Source: Eledone cirrhosa
Taxonomy: Eukaryota
Assembly: GCA_964016885.1 (NCBI GenBank)
Contig: OZ024743.1
Location: 166,904,001-166,968,000 of the forward strand
DNA: 64,000 nt
Reading direction: 5' to 3'
Position 1 is the first letter of the stretch. Each line of letters starts with the position of its first letter. Positions 40,106-52,212 of this stretch are shown piece after piece. Position numbers and translations under genes: made by a program. Under the pieces are notes generated by a model. The model searched no databases and was not told where the DNA came from. It saw only the letters and a list, made by a program, of their open reading frames with translations.

Positions 40106-40139
<34 letters not shown>

Positions 40140-40934
40140 ATATATATGTATATACATATATATACATATATATATATATAAACAATGAGTTATTTAATTT
40201 GTTGATTATTCAACAAAGTTAATTTATAACAGGTTAGAAGCACTCAACAATATTTTTTTCTGGAGTATAATATCAATAATATTAATAAATGGAAACTATT
40301 TTTATAAAACCATATTTATTTTATTATATATATTTCAAGGGTACCAGTATTTTGGTACGCTATCATCAGATAAAATACAATAATTGGTTTACAGATAATG
40401 ACATATCTACATATGAACTTAATGTTATGATTTCTATGTAAATAGTGAATAAAACTTTGAAACTCAAGATGAATATACTAATGAGGATAACGTTAAAACT
40501 GAAAAAGGCCGTTATGTTTAGGCGCTATGTATATTTAAATAATTATCAGAATTATTTTTTAAAAAGAAAAGAAATGAGAGGTTTGCTATTAAAGTTGAAA
40601 AAAAAAATTGAAGAAAAGATTTTAAGAAAAAATATTTAAAGCTACTTACAGAATATTTATAGGAATATGCATATGTGTGTCCAAAACATGGGTATAGAAA
40701 GAATGAAATAATTATATTTATTTTTATTTATTTAATTATATAATTTGGAAGTATTTATAATATATTGTGTGAATTATAAATTAATGTATTAAAGTGAGAA
40801 CTATTAATTTAATATGTGAAAGATACCTTATATTTATATATACTATTGGAAGTATTTTACAGGTGTGTTTTAATATTATGAAGATTGCAGTTATAAGTAT
40901 ATTTTATTATATTATAAGAGATTAATTGAAAGTT

Positions 40935-42468
40935 TGGCGCCCCTGATGTCTTAGCGGCAATAAACTAAATTAAACACAATTCAACAGTAGGCCCTGACAG
41001 GTTCCCTGCTTGTGTCCTGAAGGTGTGTCGACACCAACATGCATCTCCTCTTGCTAATCTGTGGAGGAACTCACTGGATACTGGCTATATTCCTGAAAAC
41101 CTCTGTCCCAGTCCGTTGTCCCAGTTTTCAAAAAGGGAAATAAGTCCCTTGCAGTGAAGTACCATCCAATCTCACTCACCTCTCACATCATCAAGGTATT
41201 TGAGAGGGTGGTGAGATCACGAATAACCCACTTTCTCGAAAGCAACGGCCTGCTGAACTCCAACCAACATGGGTTCCATAATGGAAGGGACTGCCTAACG
41301 CAGCTCCTGAATCACTTTGACGATGTTTTGAGAGCCTTGAGAGAGGGCTCCAACACTGATGTCATCTACCTTGATTTCAGCAAGGCCTTTGACAGGGTTG
41401 ATCAACCCTGTCAAAGGCCTTGCTGAAATCAAGGTAGATGACAACTGTGTTAGGCCCACTTCTTTTCATCATCTACATTAATGACATTACTGACATCATC
41501 AAGCACAGCAACATCAGAATCTTCGCAGATGATTCCAAGCTCCAAAGGGTCATCAATGAGGTGGGTGACCGGACTTGCCTTCAGTCAGACCTACTGGCTG
41601 TTATCCAATGGGCAGAAATGAATAATATGCTGTTGAATGAGGATAAGTTTGAATTAATCCACTTTGGAAAAAAGGATGCCCTGAAAATACCATACTCTCT
41701 TTTTTCAGGTAAAACCCTCGTGGCATCCAACAACATCAGAGACCTGGGAATAATTGTGGACAACAACATAGGCTGGGTCACTCATATAAACAGTAAATTT
41801 GACATGGCCCGCATAATGTGTTCCTGGATTCTCAGAACCTTCCAGTTGAGAGATATCCACACTGTTATCCTTCTCTTCTCCACTTTTGCCTGACCCCACC
41901 TTGAATACCATTGTCCACTGTGGTCTCCCCACACGAAACAAAGTATCATGAAAGTTGAAGCACCCCAAAGATCAATTACATAAAAGATAGATGGCATGAC
42001 AGGCCTTGACTATTGGAGTTGATTAGAAAAGCTCCACCTTTAATCTCTCCAATGTCTCCGTGAGCGCTACATTATCTGCATGATGTGGAAAATATTCCAT
42101 CAGATTTGCCCAAATGATGTTGGCATCACCTTTAGTGTACACCCAAGGCTTGGGCCCCGTGTTATCCGCCCATGAGAAAGTTTCACTCGCATCTCATAAC
42201 AACAATACGGAACAATAATTATTTCAGCTCAATTGGCCCCGCTCTCTTGAATATTACACCAAAACATATTAAAACAGAGACAGAAGTCTTTGGACAAATT
42301 CCTTCAAGAAATCCCGGATAAACCTCCTACACCCGGATATGCCTCCGTAAACAATAACTCTCTACTTGAGTGGGCCATGGTGCCCAAATCCTGATTTGAA
42401 AGACTTTGCCTGGTGGTGTTAGACATGGCCTGGACCAATACTGGCCGAAACCTATCAAAGTTAAGTTA
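40935..42468 (+). mobile_element. CR1-group LINE 3' fragment (RT), degraded
   Basis: PISLTSHIIKVFE, QHGF, YLDFSKAFDRVD, VLGPLLFIIYIND, FADD, DLGIIVD; (aagtt)n tail. Confidence 0.88.
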
Positions 42469-42700
42469 TATATATATATAATTATATATATATATAAATA
42501 TATATTTATTTAGGTTTGTTGGTTCACCACTGGATAGAACTGGTCATTCCGGATAGTCAAGCTTGATGTAATATTAGGGAGAGCACTCGACATAATGCAA
42601 CTCACCCATCTTCGTTTGTGTTGTTGGTGGTGCGAGTACGGAGTTAATTATTATAAAATAATAGGAGGCTGGACTGGTGTAATTCCTTCAAAGGTTTATT

Positions 42701-42758
42701 ATACTATGATCATTTCAGTGAACAGGTTCAGTATGAATCCGGTGACATGATCAGGTAT
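42701..42758 (-). ncRNA. Degenerate hammerhead motif (core CUGAUCA)
   Basis: Minus strand: atac-CTGATCA-...-GAAA-tgatca-TA-gtat, immediately followed by AATAAA. Confidence 0.5.
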
Positions 42759-43109
42759 TCAAAATTTAACAAAGGAATATAATAGACAAAATCCCTGGGG
42801 CTGAAAAGCAGAGACAGCAGGGCGGCCAAACATTTAGCAGCTTCTAGCCCGGTCAGCCGCCCTTGAGGCCATTTATCGCTCGTATACAGGAAACTGACAT
42901 GCAAATATGCAAATCTGGCTGATCAGTGGATCTGCTAATATGCAGATCTGACTGATCAGCTAGTCTGCTAATATGCAAATCAGGCCGATCAATCACTGTG
43001 TATTTTTGAAAATAGCATATATTTTCACTAGCTCTGACAGTTTGGCAGGTGAACAGTGAACTGTACTGATGAAGGGTGATACCCAGAAACATTAGTGTAG
43101 TCCATGTGA

Positions 43110-44105
43110 TGACCAGTGTTTTAAACTTCTATTTATGCCAGTCTAGAATTCTAATCCCCCTTTTTCTCTCGGATTTTCTATTAATATTTTACATATTTTT
43201 AATAATATGCCTCATTCTAAAAACTAACCTTCTCCTAAAGTTACCTATTTCCTGCCCTCCCACCCCCACACACCACCATTGCTAAGTTTGTAAGTTCTCT
43301 TACAAATCTATAGCAAAGCTACCACCTCGGTTATTACTCCTTAAGTTTAGACCTGGTTGATTTCCGGTTTGCGAGGTGGACTGCGGAATTTGGAAATCTG
43401 AACACTCAATGACAATGTCACAGATAAAGATAAATTCACCTCCCGCTGCTGGACGAGAATGCAAAGACCCCCTCTTTATTTCAGACATGGATGACCAACA
43501 TAATTCTGTCTCCCACACCATCCCTGCCCCTCCAAACCATCCATTCCACTCTCCCAACTTCACAGTTGGTACCATGAACGTAGCCACATTGAAAGGTCAC
43601 TCAAATGAGGTTGTAGAGATGCTTGAACATAACGACGTTGATGTTTGTTGTGTTCAAGAGACCAGGTGGAGGTGGGTCTGCTAGATTCATTGTGGGTAAA
43701 AAATGATGCTATAAACATTTCTGGGTGGGAAATGACAACGGACTGGGTGGTGTAGGAAATATGTTAGCTGAAAATTGGGTACATAAGGTAATTGACGTAA
43801 ATAGAGTGAATGACAGAATAATTAAAATAAGACTAGTTCTATATAGAACTACTGTGACAATAATATCCGCTTATGCACCCTAATCTGGTCTACCTGACGT
43901 TATAAAGGACAGGGGTTCTATGAGTCGCTAATGCACACTACTTCCCAAATAACCGATAGCGACTACTGAATTATTGATGGCGACCTAAACAGTCACGTTA
44001 GACAACATAGTGATGGCTATGATGGAATCCATGGAGGCTATGGGTTTGGAAATAGAAATGAGGAAGGCTTCAGATTCCTGGAATTTTGTGACGCTAATAA
44101 CCTAA
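43110..44105 (+). mobile_element. RTE LINE 5' part (UTR + APE), ending at the Tx1 junction
   Basis: VGTMNVATLKG..VCCVQETRW..EFCDANNL. Confidence 0.88.
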
Positions 44106-45297
44106 TGTTAATCTGTCCACAAATGTTCATGGTTGCCTATTCAGATAACAAACTAGTGACCTGCTTAGTCAACCTTGATAGAACCCATAGATAGGGACCC
44201 AGCTACAGGAAGCTGAACATGTTGTTACCGACATGCAAAGCCTACAGTAGACGGATTAGCACTTTGGTTAAGCAGCACTTGACGGAGGTCATTGTCAACA
44301 ACAGATGGTGGTACTCTCTCAAGAGGGCAGTTACATTAGACTCGATAGGTTTTAGTAAAGAATTAGTGTTAGATAGAGATAAGACCGAAAAGGAACTGGT
44401 AAATAAAGTAGAAGAGGCACTTAGGAGTGGCAACATAGCCAGCGTGCTAGCGACGAGAACGGCCTTGGACAAGTTCTTCGACGCAAAGCACGAAGGCTGT
44501 GTTGTCAGGAGCAAAATACGTGCTCTGGGAAACGAGGGAGCCAAAGCTGTTAGCTGGGCCCGAGTGACAGAGGCAAAAAGTGGCAACAAGTCCACAATTC
44601 GTTCTTTGACGGACCAAGACGGACGCGTGATACGTGAGCCGAAGCAGATGTGCGCGGCCTTTCAGCGGCACTTTGCTAAACTATTCGGGCAGGGCGGCAC
44701 GACGGGAGGACCTATGGATTTCAGTCCATACCTCGACGGCCTGCCGTGACTCTCGGACAGCGAGGCGAAGTTCTGCGAAAGGCCGATTTCGGTCGCTGAG
44801 ATAGGGGACACGTTGATCCAAAGCGGCAAATGCAAATCTCCAGGTCTCGACGGTCTACCCTACGAATTTTACGTAGCAATGCCGGACTTCATCTCCAGTC
44901 TTCTGGAAGCGGTCTACTGCAACTGGCAGCAGAACGGGAGAATTCCCAGTTCTGTGACCAAGGGTGTAGTCACGTTAGTCAGGAAGGACGAGAATAAGGG
45001 GGGTGACATAGGGAACTTCTGGCCCATAACTCTGCTAAACACAGAGTTACAGATTTTGGCCAAGGTGTTGGCAAAGAGGCTGGCGCTTGTCGTTGAAAAC
45101 CTGGTGGGAGAAGCGTAAACATGCACAATTCCGACCAGGTCCATACACGACAACCTCCACCTCATGCTATACATCATAGAGAGGTAGAGTGTAAACCCGG
45201 CTACAGTGGGGCTCTGATCAACTTGGATCAGTCTAGGGCTTTTGATAGGGTTGACCATCGTTACCTGGAAGCGGTGCTCGAGGCGGCAGGCTTCGAC
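44106..45297 (+). mobile_element. Tx1-clade LINE internal fragment (ORF2)
   Basis: ORFs 44219..44749 and 44813..45118 are homologous to ORF2 at 54500-55690 (KSPGLDGLPYEFY, PITLLNTE, LDQSRAFDRVDH). Confidence 0.9.
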
Positions 45298-45422
45298 AGA
45301 AGAATACTGCTCGACTATGGCAGACAATGGATATACCCAGGACACCATAGTGAAATACCAATATATGGAACATTACATTTATGTAACATTCTTTCCTTAT
45401 TTTAATTTATATTCCTTTTGAA

Positions 45423-45541
45423 GTTCCGATGAGCTGCTCTATTTTTACCTATGTTAATTATTTACAACTGAACCAGATCAATAATGATCTATAATCATTT
45501 GATCCAGAAATATTATATGAAGTAGCGAAACAATTGTAAAC
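45423..45541 (+). ncRNA. Hammerhead-like motif with CCGAUGA core
   Basis: gtt-CCGATGA-gctgct...agtagc-GAAA-caattg-TA-aac. Confidence 0.55.
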
Positions 45542-45591
45542 GGACATTATTATTATTAATATTATTATTATTATTCTCTACATTGACTACA

Positions 45592-45924
45592 GGAGGCACA
45601 TGGCTTAGTTGTTAGAGCATTGGCATTGCAATCGAAAGGTTGTGAGTTCAATTCTCAGATGGGGTGATGTGTTGTTTCCTTGAGCAAGACACTTTATTTC
45701 ACATTGCTCCAGTTTACTCAGCTGTAGAAATGAGATGATAGGGACTGGGGTCCCTATCATTCCACTGCAAAGTGGTTGTGTAGGTGCCACAGCAAAAAAT
45801 CATCCAGCACTCACTGTAAATGAGGTTGGTGTTATGAAGGGCATCCAGCTGTAGAAATCAAACCAGAATCAGTTTCCGTCCCACCCTTGCAAGCAGGGAA
45901 AAGCGGACGTAAAATGATGATGAT
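45592..45924 (+). mobile_element. tRNA-headed SINE with RTE-derived 3' tail
   Basis: A-box tggcttagttg, B-box gagttcaattc, ccttgagcaagacac body; tail gggcatccagctgtagaa..gcggacgtaaaatgatgatg. Confidence 0.85.
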
Positions 45925-46194
45925 TCCTTACATGAAACTAAAATATGTTGACAATCTTTTAATAATGTCTTCCTTGTGAAATTTTGAGGTCTTGTTTTGC
46001 TTAACTAATGAATATTTCCAGCTTTGTGCAACTAATCTCTGCGTGAACCCAGCCACCTAGCTGCCTTCCACTGCATATTGCCCATTGAGCACATGCCTTT
46101 ACGCTTTGACTTCTAACTAATTCACCAATCTCTCCTCTCCTATATCCTCTCCTATCTCCATCTCTCTCTTGAAGATTGGTTACTCTTGAACTGT

Positions 46195-46255
46195 GCATAT
46201 ATATATATTTATATATGTATATTTATATATATATTTATATATGTATATTTATATA

Positions 46256-46349
<94 letters not shown>

Positions 46350-46788
46350 AGGAAAAAAGATGAAATCGAAAATGCAACTGGAGTCTTATTTAAAAAAAAA
46401 TATATATATTTATTTGGTTCCTTTACCGGTTCACAGTTCTTCTGCTTTTCAAAAGTAAAGTTGAGATGGAGGGTCTGTGGTTTTTCTCACATATATATAT
46501 ATTTATATATGTATATGAATATATATGTATATATATATATTTATATATATGTATATATATATATATGAATATTTATATATATGTATATATATATATTTAT
46601 ATATATGTATATATATATATATGAATATTTATATATATGTATATTTATATATATGTATATATATATGTATATTTATATATATGTATATTTATATATATGT
46701 ATATATATATATATGTATATATATATATAAATATATATATATATGTGTATATATATATATATGTATATATATGTATGTATATATATAT
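46195..46788. repeat. (TA)n compound microsatellite with an embedded Penelope-terminus fragment
   Basis: TA runs flanking a unique segment at 46350-46490. Confidence 0.9.
46421..46455 (-). ncRNA. Hammerhead-like motif with variant core UUGAAAA
   Basis: Minus strand: ctt-TTGAAAA-gcag(aagaa)ctgt-GAA-ccgg-TA-aag, then AATAAA; one A of GAAA is missing. Confidence 0.5.
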
Positions 46789-49700
46789 ATCATCATCATC
46801 ATCATCATCACCGTTTTACGTCCGTTCTTCCACGCTAGCATGGGTTAGACGGGTTGTCCTGTTGTGGGCAGTGTCTGGTCGGCTGACCATGCCTTGCTCA
46901 TACAGGAACTGATCTGGCTTGATTTCTACAGCTGGATGCCCTTCCTAACACCAACCTCATTTACAGTGAGTGCTGGGTGCTTTTTCGTGGCGCCTACACG
47001 TCCACTTTACAGTGTGGGCTGGGTGCTTTTTTGCCGTGGCACCTCCACGACCACCTTGCGGTGGGGGGTGTGGGGGCATATTGTTTATATGCTTCAGCAT
47101 GTACCCATGGGAGGTCGGGTACCCTGTATTACTGCGTGACGCCAGAAGTCACGGTCGTGTGTCATTGACTTTGAGAGGTGTAGTTGGGTAAGGTCGGCTT
47201 TTATCACCTCATCCCAAGTCATCTTGGGTCTCCCCACTCCGTGGTTTCCATCAACTTCTAGTGCTCTGCACCTTTTTATGCAGCTGTCATCCTTCATACG
47301 CATCACATGTCCATACCAGCGTAACCGCCTCTCCTGCACGCAGCATTTGATTCCTCTTATGCTCAGTCTCTCTCTCAATTCCTTTATGCTTTGTCGTTCA
47401 CGTATATTACTGTTACACATCCATCGGAGCATGCAGGCTTCGTTTCTCTCTAATCTACGTAAGTCTTCCACCTTCAGCGCCCAGGTCTCACTACCATGCA
47501 ACATCGCTGTTCGGATACACGCATCATACAGTCTGCCTTTCATTCTGAGGGAGAAGCCTTTTGCAGCTAGCAGTGGTAGTAGTTCCCTAAACTTCTTCCA
47601 TTCCGTTCTTACCCTAGTTATTGTACTTTCTGAGCACCCACCTCTGTTGCTAATTCGGTCACCTAGGTAGCAGAAGCTGTCTACTGTTTCTACAGGGCCC
47701 TCCCAGAGATTGGTGGTACTTGTTTCCTGTGGCTGTTTGCTTGCTGTTTCAGCACAGCTGCTGCATGTGAATCCTACATTCTTAATTAAGCTTCCTGAGA
47801 TCCCGCTACATCTCTTGTGTACCCATTGTTTGCATTTGGGGCAGAGAATGGAGTTCCTACCTACACCTTTCCTACATACTGAGCAAGGCCATTTCCCTGA
47901 GGGGATCTGGGTTCTGTTTTCTCGTCTACTTATAAGGACCTTAGTCTTTGTCATGTTGACTTTGAGGCCCTTTCTCTCTAGTCCCTGCTTCCAGGTTTGG
48001 AATTTATTCTCTAGTTCTACCATAGATTCAGCTATGAGTGCGAGGTCATCAGCATACAGGAGTTCCCATGGGCATCCGGTCTTAAACTCCTCCGTTATTG
48101 CCTGCAGGACTATGATGAACAGGAGAGGGCTAAGAACAGAGCCCTGGTGGACCCCAACCTGTACGCTAAATTCCTCGCTATACTCATTGCCAATCCTAAC
48201 TTTGCTGACTGCTCCCCTATACATGGCTTGTACCGCTTTCACAAGCCATTCATCTACTCCTAGTTTTCTAAGAGCCCACCAGATTACTGCACGTGGAACT
48301 CTGTCAAAGGCTTTTTCAAGGTCGACAAATGCCAAGTAGAGTGGCTTACTTTTAGCTAGGTACTTTTCCTGTAATTGCCTCACAAGGAAGAGGGCATCAG
48401 TGGTGCCTTTCCCTGGTACAAACCCAAATTGCATCTCGTCTATATTCACCCGGTCCCTAATCAGCTGTGCTATAACTCTTTCTGTTACTTTCATGACCTG
48501 GTCCATCAACTTTATACCTCTATAGTTTCCTCTATCTAGTGCATCGCCTTTACTTTTGTAGCAGTTGACAATGATGCTACTGCACCAATCTTTTGGTATG
48601 GCCCCCTCTAGTATTACCTGGTTAACGATACGTGTGGTTATAGTGTGACCTACAGACCCAGATGCCTTCAGCATCTCGGCAGCTATACCCGATGGACCGG
48701 TTGCCTTCCCTATCTTCATATCTCTGATTGCCTTACTTACTACGCTGCCGCTGACTTGTACTGCTGGTCCCTCTATAGGGTCTACGTGGGGTAGGGTCTC
48801 TTCTTCCCATGCATTCTCCTCATTTAGTAATCTATCATAATGACTCTTCCATGCATCTTTCTTCTCAGCACTTGTGAGGGCAAGCTCACCTTTATCATTC
48901 CGGATACACTTCTCTCCAATGACATCACAACTATCTCTGACACACTGCCTCGCAATCTTGAATACCTCCTGTTTCTGGTCCTCACGTTGTAAAACATGCT
49001 TGAATTTTCTATCCTCTGCTTCCCTCCTAGCTAAGTATACTTGTTGCCTAGCTTCCCTCTTGGTCTCTATGTAATGTACCCTGCTCCCCCCGTTCTTCCA
49101 TTCTTTCCATGCCTGTCTCTTGGCCTTGACTGCTTCATCTACCTTATTGTTCCACCACCAAGTCACTCTCCTCCTGCTTGAGGTCTTACTCCAGCCACAA
49201 ACCTCATCCGTCGCCTCTAGTAAGTTATTTTTTAGGAACTCCCAGTTCTCTTCTACGTTAAATGTCTCTATCTGTTCTTCTTTACTGTCGTAGGCGTTGA
49301 GTAAAATATCTTTAAATCTGTTACTGGTTGAGGGGACTTTCAGCTTCCAGATCTTTCTTCTCCAGGTTGGCCTCTGTTTCGGGGCTCGTCTAGTTCTGAC
49401 CGTGAGGTTGCTGACAACTAAGCTATGTTGGGATGTACATTCCTCACTAGGGAAGGCTTTTGTGTTTACGACCGTCCATCTGTCACGTCTTCTGATGAGG
49501 ATAAAATCTAACTGACTAGAGTGCTCCCCTGATCTATAGGTGATCAGGTGGTTGTCGGGTTTTTTAAAGTTTGTGTTACATATCGACATGTCATTGGCGT
49601 CGCAGAATTCTAGAAGTCTGAATCCTTCCTCATTCCTTGTGCCAACTCCATGGCCTCCATGTACTCTATTGAAGCCGTCGCAGTGTTTACCTACGTGTCC

Positions 49701-50610
49701 GTTAAAATCTCCTGCAATGATTAGGAAGTCCTTGTCGTCTGTTAGAGCAGTAGTGTGTATTAGGGACTCGTAAAACCTATCCTTAAGTTCGTCTGGCAGC
49801 CCCGATTGGGGTGCGTAAGCTGATATTATTGTGGTAATTGTCTTATTCAGGACTAGTCTGAGTTTAATGATTCTTGCATTTACCCTGTACACTGAGATTA
49901 CTTTATCTACCCACTTGTCAGCTAATAGTATACCTACACCACCCATCGTCATTTCCCACCCAGAAAAATTTGTAGCACTGGCTTTTTCCTACAAGGACTC
50001 TAGCAGACCCTCCTCTCCATCTAGTCTCTTGCACACAGCATACATCAACTTCCTTTCGCTCTAGCATTTCTACGATTTCTCCTGCTCTTCCTTTCATTGA
50101 GCCTACATTGATGGTACCAACTCGGAGTTTTGGGCATTTGTCGACACTCGTAGGGGAGGGTCTCTGGGTTGGCGCTTCACGTGGGTGCTTGGTAGCTCGC
50201 AGATTCATATTTCATCTATTGATTCAGAGTTGCTCGTGTATTCCCAGCTCATCCATCCATAACGGTGGGAAAATTGAGGGCTAGAAGAACAGTGGTGGTG
50301 GGGTAATGGCAGTGTGTGTTGGGATGCGCCAGAGGAGGAGAGAGTTAGTTAGGCAGGTAGTAGCAGCAGCAGTGGAAATGGCATGCTAGGTTTGATTGGT
50401 CGAATAGACTATGGTGGTGTGTGGGGGTGGGGGGGGGAGGGAAATTGTGAGGTAGGAACTGAGGGTCGCATGGTAAATATCCAAGTTAATACTACATCAG
50501 TAAAATTAACAATAATAACGTCATGAAAAACTACTAAGAGAAACCCTCGAAAATTTATCGCTAATACAGCAGGGAAAATTTAACGCTAATACAGCAGGGA
50601 ACATCATAAT
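46789..50610 (-). mobile_element. Near full-length RTE LINE (5' UTR, APE-RT ORF with one frameshift, 3' UTR, (GAT)n tail)
   Basis: ORFs 49918..50208 and 47094..49952 (952 aa; GDFNGHVG, FVDLEKAFDRVP, QGSVLSP, YADD) are separated by a single frameshift near 49945. Confidence 0.95.
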
Positions 50611-50699
50611 AAATATATATATGTATATATTTAGACGTTTCGCGAAACTTCTTTCTACTCCCTTCTCTGTCCCCCTCATATATTGTATATATACCTGCA

Positions 50700-51781
50700 G
50701 ATTCCTAGTCTATGTCGGTTTAACTTAAAATTCAATCTTTTCAATGTTATTCGATAATTCTGTCAGACCCTCGAAAACAATCTTCTACTTGTATTTAAAC
50801 TCTGATTACTGTTATATGCTCGTTTAATTATGGCTGAATTTCTAGGATTATATTATAAAATAACCTTCTCGTTAACTCCTGCAGATCCCCGCCCGCACTC
50901 GCCGCCATTATTATTTGGTCCAATCATAATTCAGCGGCTTATAATATGTTTCTCTTACCAATCTCTTTCACAAAACCACCGCCTCGGCTATCACTTCTTA
51001 AGTTTAGACCTAGTTGCTTTTCGATATGCTCGATGGACTATGGAATTCTGGAGAGTGAAAAATCAGGACATTCAATGACAAAGATAAAGATAAATTTAGC
51101 TCATGTTGCCGGACGAGAATGCGAGGACTCCTCTTTATTTCGGTCGCGGATGGCTAACATAACCCCATCTTCCTCACCCCTCCCTGCACCTCATCCTTCC
51201 CACTCACCAAATGCAATCCAAAACTTCAGAGTTGGTACCATGAATGTAGACACCTTAAAAGGTTGCTCTAACGAGGTTAGCAGAAAAATAGGTAGATAAG
51301 GTAATAGACGTAAATAGAGTGAATGACAGAATAATTAAAATAAGACTAATCCTAAATAGAACTACTGTGACAATAATATCCGCTTATGCACCCCAATCTG
51401 GTCTACTTGACGTTATAAAGGACAGGTTCTATGAGTCGCTAATGCACACTACCTCCCAAATAACCGACAGCGACTACTGAATTATTGCCGGCGACCTAAA
51501 CAGTCATGTGAGACAACATAGTGATGGCTATGATGGAATCCATGGAGGCTATGGGTTTGGAAATAGAAATGAGGAAGGCTTCATAATCCTGGAATTTTGT
51601 GATGCTAATAACCGACAGTGACTACATAATTATTGCTGGCGACCTAAATGATCACGTTGGACAACATTGTGACGGCTATGACAGAATCCATGGAGGCTAT
51701 GGGTTTGGTACTAGAAATAAGAAAGGTTCCAGAATCCTGGAATTCTGTGATGCTAATAACCTAACTATCTGTAACACAAAC
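50700..51781 (+). mobile_element. RTE LINE 5' part (host of the Tx1 insertion)
   Basis: 5' UTR, FRVGTMNVDTLKG, GDLN.HVG..EFCDANNLTICNTN. Confidence 0.88.
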
Positions 51782-52212
51782 AGATCTAGCTGTCGTCTGT
51801 TCTACAGTGTGGATGTCATTCACTTCGCGCAGAAGTTTTGTTCAAATTTATTGCGGAAATTTTGTGAGTTCAAATTTAATTTTGATACTATTGTGTAGCT
51901 TGACCCCCCGTCTGAACTGTCAGGCGGTGGGTCAGCTCATCTTTACCCCTCCTAGAGGTGAAAAACCTATTTTAAAAAATTTTGTGGCAAAAAAAGTTCA
52001 ATCGTCTGACAGAAATGTTAAACGAAGCGAACGAAAATAGTGGTGGGGGGGACAGCGGTAAGAGTTGTAAGCTCGCACGCTTTAGTCCCCCCTTCCTTCC
52101 CAACTAACGTCATAGAGAAGGAAGGAAAAATTAAAATAAAAACAGACGAATCTGTGGAGAAAAAAAATGATGAAAACACAAATCTGGACATGGATTCCAA
52201 CAAGGAATAAAA

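Noticed and set aside
42420-42460. ggcc...ggccgaaac in the CR1 3' UTR as a hammerhead
   Set aside because: No properly placed core; more likely the LINE 3' stem-loop
45592-45665. tRNA gene
   Set aside because: Only A/B boxes of a SINE head; no complete cloverleaf
50632-50660. gtttcgcgaaac palindrome / GAAACGUC hammerhead half
   Set aside because: No CUGANGA-like core or stems nearby
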